Assembly (NCBI GenBank): GCA_028534125.1 | Contig: CM052817.1 | Span: 64,606,001 to 64,670,000 of the forward strand | Length of the DNA: 64,000 bases | Direction of reading: 5' to 3' | Source: Lama glama | Taxonomy: Eukaryota | In this document: positions 29,066 to 43,436 of the stretch, piece by piece | Layout: the number at the start of each line of letters is the position of its first letter | How positions within the stretch are numbered: position 1 is the stretch's first letter | The notes under the pieces: generated by a model | The model's database searches: none | Seen by the model: only the letters and a program-made list of their open reading frames with translations | What the model was told of the DNA's origin: nothing | Program-made: the position numbers and the translations under genes

Positions 29066-29902
29066 GGCCGAGCAAGTGCGGGCACTCGTTTACTGACGCT
29101 CTTATCCGTTCTTGGTTTTTAGTTTGAAATTTAAACTGGTTCTCCGTTTTTGTCTAAGTTTGTCTGAAAAGGTCTATCCCTGTTTACAAATTTTGACCTT
29201 TTTGGGGAGATGGCTGGTCTGGACACATTAATTCATAGAAGTGTTTCTCATGATGAAAAATATTTTCGTATTAGTGAACTTGGACAAAAAGCTCCAAAAA
29301 AGTATTTCGAGGGAGAAGGGGAATTTTTGTTACCAAAGAGGAATAATCTTGTTAGCATTAAAAAAAATAGGTTGGTGTGCAGAGGCTTTGGTCTCCTCTG
29401 AAAATGAGACAATTTACAAAACTTTATGAAAATGGTGCAGTTGTTTTGCCCCTACCCACACCCCTAGCTCACCCCCACCCACCCAGAGGTGGGAGACTTG
29501 TGGCATAATCTGAAGTATCTTGTTCTCCTTTAAACTGTCATACCTGGATGAGTCCTGGAGCTTTGCTTGGTTCCATGATTGCAATTCTGAATCTGCTACA
29601 ACAAAGGGACTCCTTTCTTTTTATAGAAGTGGTACGCACGTCTGAAATCCAGCCCATGGGCATCTCTGTATTTTCCTAGAAGAAATGAAAGCAAAATGAG
29701 ATATACTGAGGACAATATCTGCCCGAGAATGGATGCTTATCAGTAAAACCCCTGTTTGTTGAATGATCTACTTTAAGAAAAGGGAATCAGGAGAGGAGAA
29801 AGTAATTAATTTATGAATCACACATGGGAATATAAGTTGTGTACTTTTTTCCAGGGAGCTGTTTAACAGTATACCATAGGATTTTTTTTTCTTTAATTTC
29901 AG

Positions 29903-29968
29903 AAAATAAAGCAGTTGGAGTGATGAAGGCCGGCCACGTATTTACAATTGAGCCAATGATTTGTGAAG
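29903..29968 (+). CDS. METAP1: METAP1 exon 10 ([22 protein letters not shown]; Glu ligand in FTIEPM)
   Basis: tttcag|AAAATA...GAAG|gtgaga; 66 nt. Confidence 0.97.
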
Positions 29969-31618
29969 GTGAGAAAAGAGGCTGCTGTGACATTCTTTAA
30001 TTAAATTATTCTTTACTTCTGGTTACTCATGATCAGATTAGCAGTCTGCTCTACTTTCTTTTTGCTTCATTTCCACTGCCTGTCCTGTCTTGAACTTGGC
30101 TCAGTATCATGTAGAGACTTGAAAAGAGGGTTGGAAGAAAGCAGTGCTTCTACACAGTAATCTCCTGCTGTCAGTAGATGCTGAAGTGCTTGAATCTTGG
30201 TCTCCTTTCCTAAAGATCCTGCCAAAGGGTGTGTTGTGATAATTAGGTGCCTCTGATAAGCCTGTGTAGAAATTCTTGCTTGATTTGGTGGGGGGTGGGG
30301 GAAAAGAGGAAAAATGAAGATAGAGCCAACTCGTTTTGATGCTGACACAGTCATGTAATTTAATTCTACACAACTTACGAGGTAGGTGCTATCCCCATTA
30401 TACAGGAGAGCAAACTGATGTTTGAAGAGGCTGAGTAACTTGCCCAGAGTCCCTTAGCTCGTTAACGGGGCAGAATTTGTGGGACTCTGAGCTAGCGAGC
30501 TGTGTCCTTCAGGGTCTGCACTCATGCCCGCAGGTGGCGTCACACCACCACTGGGGAAATCTGGTTTAGCAGATCACTATAAAATTAAAGTGTTGCCTTA
30601 AATCCATTTGTAAAAAGGTCATTCGTTACATTGAAAAATAGCCATTTACTCATCTTTAGATGCTTGACAAAGCATGAGTTAGCTTTCTCTAAGCTACTTC
30701 ATGTTTTCTTTTTAGACTGGGATTTAATATTGCAAAAGTAGGTTACTTCACTGCAGACTTTACATTCTGGGATTTGTCTGAGCCAATGAGACCTAATCTT
30801 TGATAAAGATTACTCAAAATGAAGACTAGTGAGTTTTTGGACATCTAATTTGGAGACAGGAAAGTCTCTGTGAACACATTTTGGTAGCAGCATCTGGAAT
30901 TACAGAACTTTGTCGTTGTACTACTGCCTCCCCTGCCCACCCTACTCCTCAGTCTCTCTCTTTAGTTGTTTCGCAGCTTCTTTCACTATCCCTTCATTTC
31001 CTCTCTAACCTCCTTTTTAAATTTCTCATCAATCTTTGTTTCTTTCTCTGCCCTCTTTCTGGTTACAGAGGTGTGATCTACAAAAGTTTCAAAGTATAAA
31101 CTGTTCTCCCATCTGTGCGCCTGCCATTTAATAATTATATCAGGAATTAAATGCTATAATAGAAGTATAAAAAGTTGCACTATTTCCTTCACAATATAAA
31201 TTGGCTACAATTTAGTGAGATGCCATTTATACCAGGAGAGAGCTTTTAAATTCATTAATTCAGTTTTTACTGGTAGTTCTGTGATGAGTGGTATCAGTAT
31301 GTTTCCTAAAATGAAACCAAGTGCCTTTATTTTGGAAATGCCATCTTGATTTAGTATTTGGAAACTATAAAAAATGTTAAGTCATCACACACCTGCAGAA
31401 ATTTAAACATTGTTATTACTTTGTTGGGCTAAAGACCAAAATGAAGTTGGAAAGGCTTTAGCTTAAACAATTAAAGTGTAAATAGGAATCTTAATGGTGA
31501 ATTAAAAAAAAATTAATAGTGAATTTTAAAATCAGTTCTCTAAAGTATCCAAGGATACAGGCGTACAGGCCAATACACTTACCTAGGGAGATTATTTGGA
31601 AAACGACCTGAGTGATAG

Positions 31619-31807
<189 letters not shown>

Positions 31808-33302
31808 TTTTAATTTCTCCCGCGATGGCACATCTCAGTGATACCTTCTGGCTGTACCATGCATTTTATTGAGAGTACAGAATGGAAGAGGAAATTTTTT
31901 ATTACTTGTTTTGTTTTGCTTATAGATAAGGACTACAGCATTTGATGTGTGTCCTCAAGAACTTGTCAAGCCAAGAAGAATAAAGGAAACATTTCTCAAC
32001 TCCTTTCAATGCTCTCTTCTCCCCACAAAAATATCTCTGCACCCCCGTTTCCTCCTCTGCCCTTTGAGCACTTTTACTTAAACCTGCTTCTTTCTAGTTG
32101 CTTTTATCACTGCCACCACTGGGCCGTCAGGAGCCAGCTGCTTTCCAGGTGAATGTTGGAGATGAGAATCCTTGAAACTTTAGCAACATATGTTGCTCCA
32201 GATTTTTTTTATTATATATGTATGGAAATATATATGTGTACATTTAAAATTTCGTATATGTAATTGCCGAACACTATGTGACCTGGGGTTTGTGTTGATT
32301 CTGCTCTGACAGGGTTATGTGCTGTCATAAATGGACCCATAGTTTGCAGTGATTTAATTCCCAGTTGGAAATTGGCCTCCCAGCTCCTCCTGCTAATTAC
32401 CCTTGCAGTTGTGTATAAGGAAGCACTCGGTCAGTGAGACTTTGTCTCCAGTGTGGACTCTGTGTCAGTGAATGGATGTGTCAAAATTCACTTTGGAAAA
32501 AGGTTATCAGGTTTTTCAAAATTTAGTTTATGGCAAAAATAGCCATGCCCCAAGTGGTAGCTGGCTGTTGCAGAGCATGAGATTTTTGTAATACATTGCT
32601 GTTTCAGACCTCCGTTGGTCACAATGGGAGGAAAAAATGCTCCCTTCCTCCGTCTTATTTCAAGGGCACATGGTGGAAATATTCAGAGAAGGGTAGAGGT
32701 TGCACTGTGGAGGTTGATGGGGAAAGATGGTTCGAAATCTCACCAGCAGTGAGCAGAGTGAGTCAGGTGGGCTGTAATTCTAACACTTAGTAAACCTGGT
32801 AGTGATGAGCAAGGAACTGCCTAGGAGACTGGACTGCTCCCTCGGGAGGGATGCAGCTGTCCTCGGTGTCCTGAAAACACACTTCACCTTTACGTAGTTG
32901 GGAACCTCATTAAAGATGACCTCAGCTGCCCAATATCTGTGTTCTTTTCAGTAGTTCAGCCCAGATGGGAGTGTATCCAGTGAAGACATATCAGATCAAA
33001 GTCATCATCATCACGTAGTGTACTTGATTACCGAGTATCTGGTAACTTTATTGTAAGATAATTTGATACCACTGACATGTTCCACTTGTACAAGAACATC
33101 TTTCCCAGAGTGCCTCAGACCTTTATTGCTTTAAAGGAATTATGATGATGTTTTCATTACCTTTATTATTTTAATGATTTAGTAAAGTGACTGAATCTGG
33201 TATAGACTTTTGGGGGTATGTGTGTGAAGTTTTTTATCAAACTGTAATATTTGTGAATGGAATGCCTTGCAATATGAATGTTAATATAATGTGTAAAGGG
33301 AG

Positions 33303-33308
33303 ATTAAA
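33303..33308 (+). terminator. METAP1: Probable METAP1 polyadenylation signal (ATTAAA); alternatives AATAAA at 31979-31984 and 33409-33414
   Basis: Lies at the end of a repeat-free AU-rich 3' UTR, with upstream TGTA elements (about 33243 and 33292) and U/GU-rich sequence downstream. Confidence 0.55.
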
Positions 33309-34199
33309 AAGTTTGAATGATTATCCCACCATGTAGTCATTAACTTTGCTGCATTTATTTGGGATTTCAGAGGGAAGTGGTGGGAATAGGGTGGCTGTTC
33401 CAATCTTAAATAAACTCGTAACTATTAGAGCAAGAATACTTTTTAAAGTTTAATGGCTGCATAAAAATTTCGGCACTGTGTTTAGTTTGGCAGTCTTCCA
33501 GCAGGATTTGAGATGCATCCATATTTTTGAGTTCATTTAAGACAGATTGCTCAATATTTAGGACAGCATTTTATGTACTGATAATGGATTAATTGTGGGC
33601 ATATTCAGTGTCTATCATTAGAAAATAAGCTCAAGGAAAAAAATCTTGGTGGGATAGGTTTTTTGGTTGTTAAAAGGTAAAAACCAGCACACGGGTGAAG
33701 ATGCTTTTCTCGGTTTGGGAGATTTTAAAACAATATGGGCTGCAGTCTAATTGTATGTATCTAATTACTGATGTTTACTAGATTTAGGTGAGAAAACATC
33801 TAGGGTATTCTCATCATTCTGCCAACTGTTCAAAATGTCAGTGTATTAACTTTTTGGAATTAACTTAACCCCCCCCCCCGTTTCCTGCCAGTCCTCCATC
33901 CCCCTTGGAATAATTTAGAAGGGAAACATGTTGGCCGTTTATCTTCATTTTATGTCTTGTTGGTAGAATGGATTAAAGTACATTAGAACCCATTCACCAA
34001 CACCTTTATATTACTTGCCATCTACATGTCTAATTACTAGGAAGCGGATATTTAGGAGTTTGCCATCTTAGCTTGATTCCTCAGTTTGTCCTGTCACTTC
34101 TGGCTTTTCGTTGGGTTTGGTTAAATTTGAGAGTGGGATGCTCCACTTTGCTAAAGCCCCCAAATGTACCCTCATGGTATCTGTAAGCTATTTCTGGCC

Positions 34200-35800
34200 T
34201 TTTTTTTTTTTAATCTTCCAACTTTGGATTTTGAAAATTTTCACATTTATAGAAAAGTTGGAAGTCTAGTACAGAGAAATTACCATATATCCTTCCCCTA
34301 TATTCTATATTTGTTACTGTACCATCTCCCTATGAGCACTTCTCTTTTGAAAGACACCTGCTACTGTTGCAGCGTGTCTCTCCTAAAACACAAGGACATT
34401 TCCTCCACAATCAATACAGTTCTCACACCCAAGGAATTGAACATTGATACAGCATTGTCTAATGTATAGTATATATTCAACTTGAGTCTCAATTTCCCCC
34501 AAAATGTTCTTTAAAGTGTGTCTTCTTTTTTTAAATGCAGAATCAAAACCTATGGTATTCGGTTGTCATCTGTAGTCATTTTTTACTCTAGAACAATCCT
34601 TCCACCTTTTTTGATCTTGTATGAAATTGACAGTTGAAAAAAGCAGGCCAGTTAGCTTGTAGAATTCTGCCCTTCCCTGATTGTTCCTCATAAATAGGTT
34701 CAGGACAAACATTTTGGCGAACTCTGTGGACGGCATGTGGTGAGTCCCAATCGTTGTGTCATAGCAGGAGGCACGTATATCATTCTCATATTATTGCCAA
34801 TATGTTTAAAATTTTTTTTTCTTAAATTTTAAGGGAGGAGATAATAAGATTTATTTATTTTTAGAGGAGGTACTGGGGATGGAACCCAGGACCTTGTGCA
34901 TGCTGATCATGCACTCTCCCACTAGAACTATACCCTACTCCCGCCAATATATATTTGATCACTTGGTTTCTGTCAGATCTATTTTAAGAATATCTTTCTT
35001 TTCTTAAGCAAATCTGGGAGGAGATACTTGGAGACCACTTGGATATCCTGTTCCCTCAGGGTTTAGTATTGATTAATAATCCTTGCCAGAATCCGTTATT
35101 TTTTTGGTGGCTGCAAACTGGGACTTTGTAAATAGCATTCCATCTACATTTATTTGTTGGCACTCTTTTACTGAGAAGCATTTTCCCCTCTCTACCAACT
35201 TTTTTTGATTACCAATGTGAGCTCACTGATTCTTTTTAAAAATTCAATTTGATTACTATAAGTGTTCCATTTTTAGCAAGTGGGAGCAGCTTGAAGCTTA
35301 GTCATGGGTCACTTTGACCGACGCCAGTCATCTTTGAGCACGTTCTTGCTTGCTGCCACATCAAGATGCTCTAGGTTTATCATACACTTTTCCTGCCCCA
35401 GACTGGGAATTGGCTATTTCCTCAAGTAGCCCTAGTTTCTCTTCATGGCGAATGGTATTTGGAAATCAAGATCTGGGTGCTGCTGGGGTGTCCTTGCTTC
35501 TAGGCACATTCAGGGAACAGAGCCAGCAAATAGAATTTTTATAAATCATGAATTCATTCTGATAGTTTGATTTCAAATTTAACACTAATCTTCCTCACCC
35601 TTCCCTGTTCCATATTCGTATTTTCCATCTTCCATGGTGAGAACTTGATTTTGAATATTGATATTTACTTATTTGCTTTATTTTAAAATTACTACATCAA
35701 AGTCACTACCAAAAATAAACTAAGTGCAAAATTTGTGATTCTTTTATATTCTTGGAACACATCTCACTAAGGGGGTGCAGAATATTGGTATACAAGTTAT
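34200..35800 (-). mobile_element. Old L1 (L1MC-like) 3' UTR remnant interrupted by a SINE
   Basis: Poly-T start followed by TTTTGAAAATTTTCACATTTATAGAAAAGTTG and CCTAAAACACAAGGACATT motifs typical of L1MC 3' ends. Boundaries approximate. Confidence 0.6.
34808..34942 (-). mobile_element. tRNA-Ala-derived SINE (Vic-1-like, long form)
   Basis: tRNA-like head. Flanking GCCAATAT at 34796-34803 and 34943-34950. Confidence 0.85.
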
Positions 35801-36175
35801 TTGAAGTAATTAACTTTGATCGTACTGTATTCGAAATTTCAGAAACCATGAGCTACTTTTTAACAATAAATGCAGCAAATCTTAGGGGCAAAATATGCAA
35901 AAAGGGTGGGAAGGATTTCTTAGTGGTCTGGGAGTTAGAAATACTGGAACCGATTGACACAGTGTGATAAGATTCTGTCTACATTTAATTGTGTTTGACT
36001 TCTACCAAGTTCTCTTGCTCAAGAGAAGCAAATTATGCCACTTATAATGTAGATGTGTGGCCCATTTTCCAATAGAGTAGGGAAAAACATCCGGACATTG
36101 ATTTAGGAACAGATTGTTTCACAATATAGGCTGCATTATGCTAATATTCGAAAAGTTACGTATTTTGCTTCATTT

Positions 36176-36271
36176 TTTCTTTTTTTTTTTTTAATGGAGG
36201 TACTGGGGATTAAACCCAGGAACCTGTGTATGCTAAGCATGTGCTCTACCACTGAGCTATGCCCCCAACCC
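36176..36271 (-). mobile_element. tRNA-Ala-derived SINE (Vic-1-like, short form) with 13-bp TSD
   Basis: tRNA-like head directly followed by an A tail. TTTTGCTTCATTT at 36163-36175 and 36275-36287. Confidence 0.88.
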
Positions 36272-39200
36272 TTGTTTTGCTTCATTTAAAAAATGAACAT
36301 CTAAAGAAATTCAGCACAGGCTGCATGCATGGAATTTCTGTGGTCCCAACTGTGTTTCAACTTGGAGGGGCCTTTGGTGATAGACTCCTCTTACCTCTTC
36401 TTCCTTTTGGTGCTAAGTATGAAAAAGAAAGACAGTGATTTGCATTTGGTTATTTTGCAAAAGAAAGCAGGAGTAGGGTGGCCTTGGCTACCTGTTACTT
36501 GCTGAATTTCATTTTGGGAACTTGGATAAGCAACAACAGAACCACCTGTATATGGCAATTCTGTGGTAATATTTAAAAATGTGTTAACAGTGGTGTGTCT
36601 TAGAAAAGTGTGCCAAAAAGCCAGTATGTGGAGTGCTCCAAGAAGGGCTTCCTGGGGAGATTCTCACTTACCACTAATGTTTGTTATAGTTCAAAGGACT
36701 TTAGTAATTCTTGTGGATGTCCAGCCCTTTTACTGTTGCAAAGATTTTAGCAGAATAATTGATTCCATCTCCAGGCCCTGCCTGGCCCTTTGACTATTAT
36801 TCCAGCCACTTCACCCACTCCTGACAACACACACGTGCCAGTACTTACTCCCACAAGTTTGGGGGCACGTTTGCACTATTGTGTCATAGAAGAGCAGAAG
36901 ATTATACAACCAGGGCACCAGGGCTCTGAGTTCTTTTTTTTTTGAACTGGTTGCATGGACAGATCACCATATTTCTCTGTGGAAGTACGCTATTTGGGTA
37001 ATTATACCACATTATCATCACTTAGCAACTTTTATTCTATATATAATGTGGCTATAAAGCAAATTTGCTTTATTTCAGTACTTGGATCAGAAATCAACAG
37101 AAAATTCAGGGTAAAAGTTTTTAAGCTTTATCAGTAAATCTAAGCCCTGGGTGGTTCTGAGGAAACAAAATAGCCAAGGAAAAGAATTTTTAGCATTAAG
37201 ATGTAGATAAGCGAAAGCAACATATTTTACAGCAAATTTCTGCTGTTTTATCTTGTTTAACGTATCTAGGTATTTTTGGTAGTTAAGCATATTTCAGTTG
37301 ACGTCTAAACTCAGGGTAGTTATGTGGTGGCTTAGCAGTCCTTTCCGTGGAAGGGAGCATGTGCCTATTTAACCTCATCACGAGGAATTGTTAGGCTGTT
37401 GAGATTGATAAAAATTAGTCTGCTTAGAAGCCCATGTCACCTGCGTTGTTCCTATAGAGAAAAGTGCCACCAAAAGAAATTTGTAATGGAGGACTTTGTA
37501 TGTACCGGGTCACTTCCTAGTTGTTTCTTTAAAGATGATTCCCTTGGTAGAGTTCTGTGCATTTATTATCTCACTAACTGTTTAAATATACTTAATAAAA
37601 TGTTTTCCAAATGTGTTTGTGGTCTATTTTTTTCTAAAGGGTATTTGCTGGCAAAGAATCTGATCTTGCAAGTTAACTAAAACAAAACTGGCTGAATGCA
37701 AAGGTGGTTTCTTTCCCGAGCTGCAGTTTCTCTAGGTCCCAAGCACTGGCAGTTACTGTACAGCTTTAATCAGCAGCCTACTTGGGCGACTGGCAGCCAA
37801 GCAGAAAATGTTCTGAAGCATTCCGTGCATGTAAAATATGCTCCTCTTCCCCCGATCAGCAAAACATTCCCAGAGTTACCAGCCCCGTTTAATTTTGCTT
37901 TGAAATAGAATAAATGGAAGTAGCATTATGTGTATCTTTTGGAGCCGTTCTTGTTTGGTGTAAGTTGTGTACACATTAAATGGGTCCGCTGTAACAAAAG
38001 TTTGGACATACTGCAGTTTTTTCTTCACTTCAGAAACCTCCTCATTCCTCACTTTCTACTCTATGCTAGTTCCCTGTGCATGTAGTAAAGAACTTGTTCC
38101 AAGTCAGACATGCCTGTATGTGGCCTGTGTTTTTACAGTGAACACTAGGTGGATTAAATTGAAAGCAGATTAGGCCAACATGCTGAAAATGGAAAAGCAG
38201 GTAAGAAAAGACTTGAAAAATGCCTAGTATATGAAAATTTTCAATAAAAACAAAAACAGAGTTGTTTAAAGTTGGTTCCTAATATTGTAAAACTTTAGAT
38301 CCTTAAAAAATTTTTACTAGCTTTCATGAAATATACAGTGGAGGATAGCCATTTGTGTTAAAATTATATCTTTTGTCCAAGAAAGTGGTTTAAAGATAAC
38401 TTTAAAAAATTCCCAACACTTCTAAGGTGGTAGAATACTAATTTTGGTGGATTTGCTGACATGCACATAGTGAATGTTTTTCAGTCCTGTGTTGTACGTT
38501 CCTCCAAAATCTATTTGGTTCTGCAGTATACATAACAACCCGTATGTCATCCAAGAGAATGTACTAAAAGGATCTTAACAAGAAATACTTTATACCTATG
38601 GTTCCATGATCCAAAAATCTTGGTAGTGGGCTCTTATAAAATTGATTCTTCATACTGGTTCTTTGAAAGAGACAATTGTGTTCTCAGTGGGGAAATGCTC
38701 CTGTTTGTTAAACTGAATTAGCTGGCTCAGGAGTATGTACTTCACTGTGACAGAAATGAGAAGCAAGCTCCCTAATTGGCCAGCTGCAAGAATTGGACTT
38801 ACATTTACTGTCTTAAAATTGTTCTATTTTCTCATATTGGTGACCATAAAAATGTTTACCATTCTCATTCATGTATAACTCATGTATGAGAAAAAAATGA
38901 AGGGGAAAATAAACTTGAAAAAATTCGTAGTGCTCCACCATTGTCAACCTACACACCCATTCTGTTATTGCAATTGCCTAAGGCAATAATACACTTCCTG
39001 GAGGGCTGAGGTAAAACAAACGAGATTAAAAGTACATTTCTCACAGCTGGGGTAGGAGCTAGTTTTAATTTCTTCCTCTTCCAGTTAACCCAGGACAATC
39101 CACGCCACCTGGGCCTTTACTGTCTCCAGCCCTCCAGGTAAGATGAGAGAAGCTAGGTTATACTGCCTGGCCCTTCAAAGATCCAAAAAGAAGTCCTGAC

Positions 39201-39739
39201 CATAACTGCCACTTTTCCACTTTTCAATCAACTAAATATTGCTCTCTCAGAAACACAACCTTTTGGGAGCAGTTAAGCCACATCAATCAAAAGAATTAAA
39301 AAAAAATGGTTTCAAGCCATCAAAAGATATTTATGTGCATGGCATATCTGGTGTCTTGACACAAAAATAGTCTAAAAGGTGCTATTTTGTAGAAAAGACA
39401 AAAAGCTCAGAATAGTGTTAATAGTATTTATTATTTTGTGGAAATTTGAAGTATATGTATAAATGCTATTATATTCATAGAAACTTCTGGGAAGATACAT
39501 AAACTTAACAGTTGTCACCTATTTTGGGGGGGTAGAGGAAACTATAACTTTTCTTTCTCAAGTAATTTTTCTCTGTGAATGTTCTAACTCTTGGATATAC
39601 TGCCTTCATATATTTATTTCTGTGTTAATGGGTTACCTCAAATTATGCATCACTTTTGTTTGCTTCTATATTTTGCTCAGGGGAAAGCAACCTAAATGTT
39701 ACTTAACGGCACCAGGAAGACTGATAGGTTTGATGTTAA

Positions 39740-40400
39740 CATAAGAAATACAACATACATTAAAATAAAATGTAAAACTGACAAAGGACTGGTGTCTATA
39801 ATAAAGAACCCCTAAAAACTACTCAGAAAAAGAGGAATAATCCAATAGAAAAATGGACAAAAGATGTGAATAGATACTTTGCAAAAAAGGAAATACAAAT
39901 GACCAGTAAAATCAAAGACTTCAGTAATTGAGGGAAATGCAAACTAAAGTCACTTCACACTCATCTGATTTGCAAGTCAGATGAGTGTGAAGAGCAACTT
40001 ACCCCATGATATACATTCTAAGTAACACACAGAGTGTAATGTACAAGAATGTTCCACCAAAGAGTTGTTAATAAATACAGAAACAGTCTGGGAAACCACT
40101 TTATGCCATCAACTGGAGACAGGTCAATTATGGTAGTTCTATAGTACTGCTGCACAGTACTAAAATTAATGAATGGGAGTATATACACAACACGGATTAG
40201 TTATACAATAATGAGTAAAAAAATGAAAGTGGCAGAATGAGACTGTATCAAGTTTAAAAGATGGACAACACTGAGGACTAGCGGGTTTATAGATTTGTAA
40301 CGTTCAAGTACGGCAACATGCACAAGAGTGATAAACACCAAATTCTGGATGTTGACCACTGCAGGAGAGGAAAGAGTGTGGTCTGGAAGTGGTAAAATGT
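39740..40400 (+). mobile_element. Old L1 (L1ME-like) ORF2/3' remnant
   Basis: AATCCAATAGAAAAATGGACAAAAGATGTGAATAGA translates to the L1 ORF2 NPIEKWxKD motif; A-rich strand. Confidence 0.65.
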
Positions 40401-40878
40401 AAAGATTTGACAAAATATGTGCTGGAAATTTGGATATTCAGTATAGAAATAAGTCTATCCTCCATACACGTGAAATAGTTCACAGAGCCACCATCAACAC
40501 ACGTATCCTTACTTCAGCTCAGAAGGTGGTTCCAGTGGGGAATGTCACTGCCCGCTGTGGGCCAGATGCTGTACTACAGACTAGGAGTCTAAGTCTGAAC
40601 AGTGCAGGGCATCCGCCCTCAAGAAGATAATCTCACAGAAGCAGACTTGTGTTCTGATTAACTCTGCCACTGACAGCTGGAGAAATCTGCTCTTTTGTAA
40701 ACTGGCTCGAGTTAAAAGCTAAGTGAAAGTTACTGAGGACAGCAGGACACAGGGTTCAGATACTCATCACTGTCCGGCTTCCTCCGTCTTTCCTTTAAAG
40801 AATGAAGATAATGGGGAGAGGAACCGTGAATTTGGTGTAAAACAGAGCTGACACTTCCACACGTATACAGAAATTCCT

Positions 40879-40884
40879 TTTATT
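40879..40884 (-). terminator. ADH5: Probable ADH5 proximal polyadenylation signal (AATAAA)
   Basis: Plus-strand TTTATT about 260 nt past the stop codon, with GU-containing sequence downstream on the minus strand. Confidence 0.65.
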
Positions 40885-41145
40885 ATGTTAAAGTATTCCT
40901 TAATGAGCTAGCAATTATTTGTAAAGAAGAGTCCAGAAAACAGATTTATGACAGTAACAGCCTTGTCCTTGTTTAGAGATTTATGAATTATACACAAAAC
41001 ATTATTCCCTAGAGTGGGTTAATGAAGGGCTGTAAGGCTGTGCTAATGAGGCTGTGAACTTGAAAGAGGTCCTCCTTGCTTGTCTGGCTGCTCCAGTGAG
41101 ACCAGGAGTCTTAGAAGGATGGCTGAGGTTTTTTCTCTTTGGAAT

Positions 41146-41170
41146 TTAAAACTTTACTACGGTTCGGATG
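41146..41170 (-). CDS. ADH5: ADH5 exon 9 coding part (SIRTVVKF*)
   Basis: ttacag|C ATC CGA ACC GTA GTA AAG TTT TAA; 25 nt. Total CDS 1125 nt = 374 aa plus stop. Confidence 0.96.
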
Positions 41171-41303
41171 CTGTAAGAGATGGAAGTAATAAACATAAGT
41201 TCTGAGTGATTTAACACCACTAAAACTGTTTTTTTGCCCTTCTTCCTCCATAACCCCAAGTCATTACCACATTCTACACTACACAATTAAAGAGAAAGTT
41301 TAC

Positions 41304-41442
41304 CTCTTCCCTGCATGCATCAGTTCAAAGGCTTCATTAATCTGGTCAAAAGGCAGATTGTGAGTCACAAATTCATCAACCTTTATTTTTTTGGACATAT
41401 ATTCAGACACCAACTTTGGGATGCTTTCTACACTCTTCCATC
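41304..41442 (-). CDS. ADH5: ADH5 exon 8 ([46 protein letters not shown])
   Basis: ttttag|GATGG...AAGAG|gtaaac; 139 nt. Confidence 0.97.
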
Positions 41443-43166
41443 CTAAAAGAAATCATACATCTATTCATTAATTTTTCCAACAAATCTCTACAGTGTGCTT
41501 ACTTAGTGGATGACAAAGGTATTTAAGAAAATCAATTTTTTCATGAATTAAAGAGGAATGAGAGACCAAAATCAGCACAGAGAGGAGGAAGAATTTAATG
41601 TACATCTTTAGTTATGAGAAAAGTAAATGTCTTTTGACAATGTCCTTTTTCTGTATTAAGATTTACTAAAATACCATTAAATCTCAATGGAGATTATACC
41701 ATACAAGACAGAACTCTGGAAGTCTCAGGACACGCTTAGTCCTGAGACTTGCAGTCCACAACACCAAAGATCTCTATAATCACGAAATTCAAGGAAGAAA
41801 AAAATTGATGTGATGCAAGACTTTATTTCTGTGGTTTTAATTTCAAAAACAAAATAGGGATAGCAACTCAGAATAGAAAACAAACTGAAAAGCAAAGAAG
41901 GAAGTCTTTAGTTGCATGTTAAGATTTTAAAAAATATCAGATTCTTCAATTTTCCACTTGTATGAAAAGCAGCAATAAATCTACAAAGAAGCCTTCCCAC
42001 CTTCTACACCAGCGAAGCTTTGGATCATATTTCAAATCCTTTTTGAGCCTTTCTAAATCTCTCTCCTGAAATCCTTTACCAATTATCTTTTTCCTCCAAA
42101 TTGTGGTGCTTCTTTTATTTTCTCCTTTAAATCTCCTGGTAACTGAGACAATTACAGTCACCACTATTCCCTAGACCAAAACTTCTATTTACATCTGTGT
42201 CATATTTTAGCAACACCCATGGGGTTCCAAGGCTCCAGCATATTTTCCAGTGAGCATGTGAGAGGATGAGGCTTCAGTTACCACCAATCCCCCGACTCAG
42301 TCTCCTGGACTTAGAACGCCCTTTCAAACACATCTACGGACCCTGAGACGATGCCCCTGAGCTCCATGTGTGGCTCTAAAAGTTGAAGATCCTCAAGTGT
42401 GGCATACAGCTAGGACTTTGGAAAGGAGGGTTTAGTCAGCCTGACATTTTCTGTGGCAAATTCTGTAGTTATTAAAGAAGGAAAACTCTGGCTCTCATTT
42501 TTCAGGTATTTTTTTTTCCTTAGCAGGATGACAAGGATATAAATATATTTTTTAAAAAACCTATAAAAGTTTTCTTCCATTCACTCACAGTTCGATAATA
42601 CAAACGTGTTCTGATGTCTTGTCTTTTCCCTAGTTGAGCAACCCTGAAAAAGGTGGAAACTGTTTCTCAGCATTCTACTGGTAGTTCGTCAACCACTGTG
42701 TAGTTTTTAGGATCACACGAAGGAAAAATGATCAGTTTGATAGCTTTTCAAGTCTGTTGTAAGATTTTGTCTACCTTAACATTTTTAGTTTAAGACTTAC
42801 TATTGGTTACTGCTGTAATCAGTACTATTCAGACAGAAGCATGATCACATCCAGCGGTCACTGCACTCTCTGGAAAAATAAGTAAAAATGCTGATAACCT
42901 AACGTAAGTCCACAGCATGACAAAGTGTGGCTGATACTATTGTCTGCTTATCGAGCAACCAACTTCCTACTCCTGCCCTACCCGCAACTATTTCCTTATT
43001 AATGGAATACTGATTTTTTTAAAGTGTGTTAAAAGTAGCCTTGTGCTTCAAGAGAAGCCGAGCCTCTCCCCAGTTCCAAGGGTAAATGTTAATTGTGAAA
43101 CTCTTCTATTAAAATAACTTGGGATTCAAGAACTTATGATGAGAAGGGAGCTCATGAAAATTGTTA

Positions 43167-43436
<270 letters not shown>

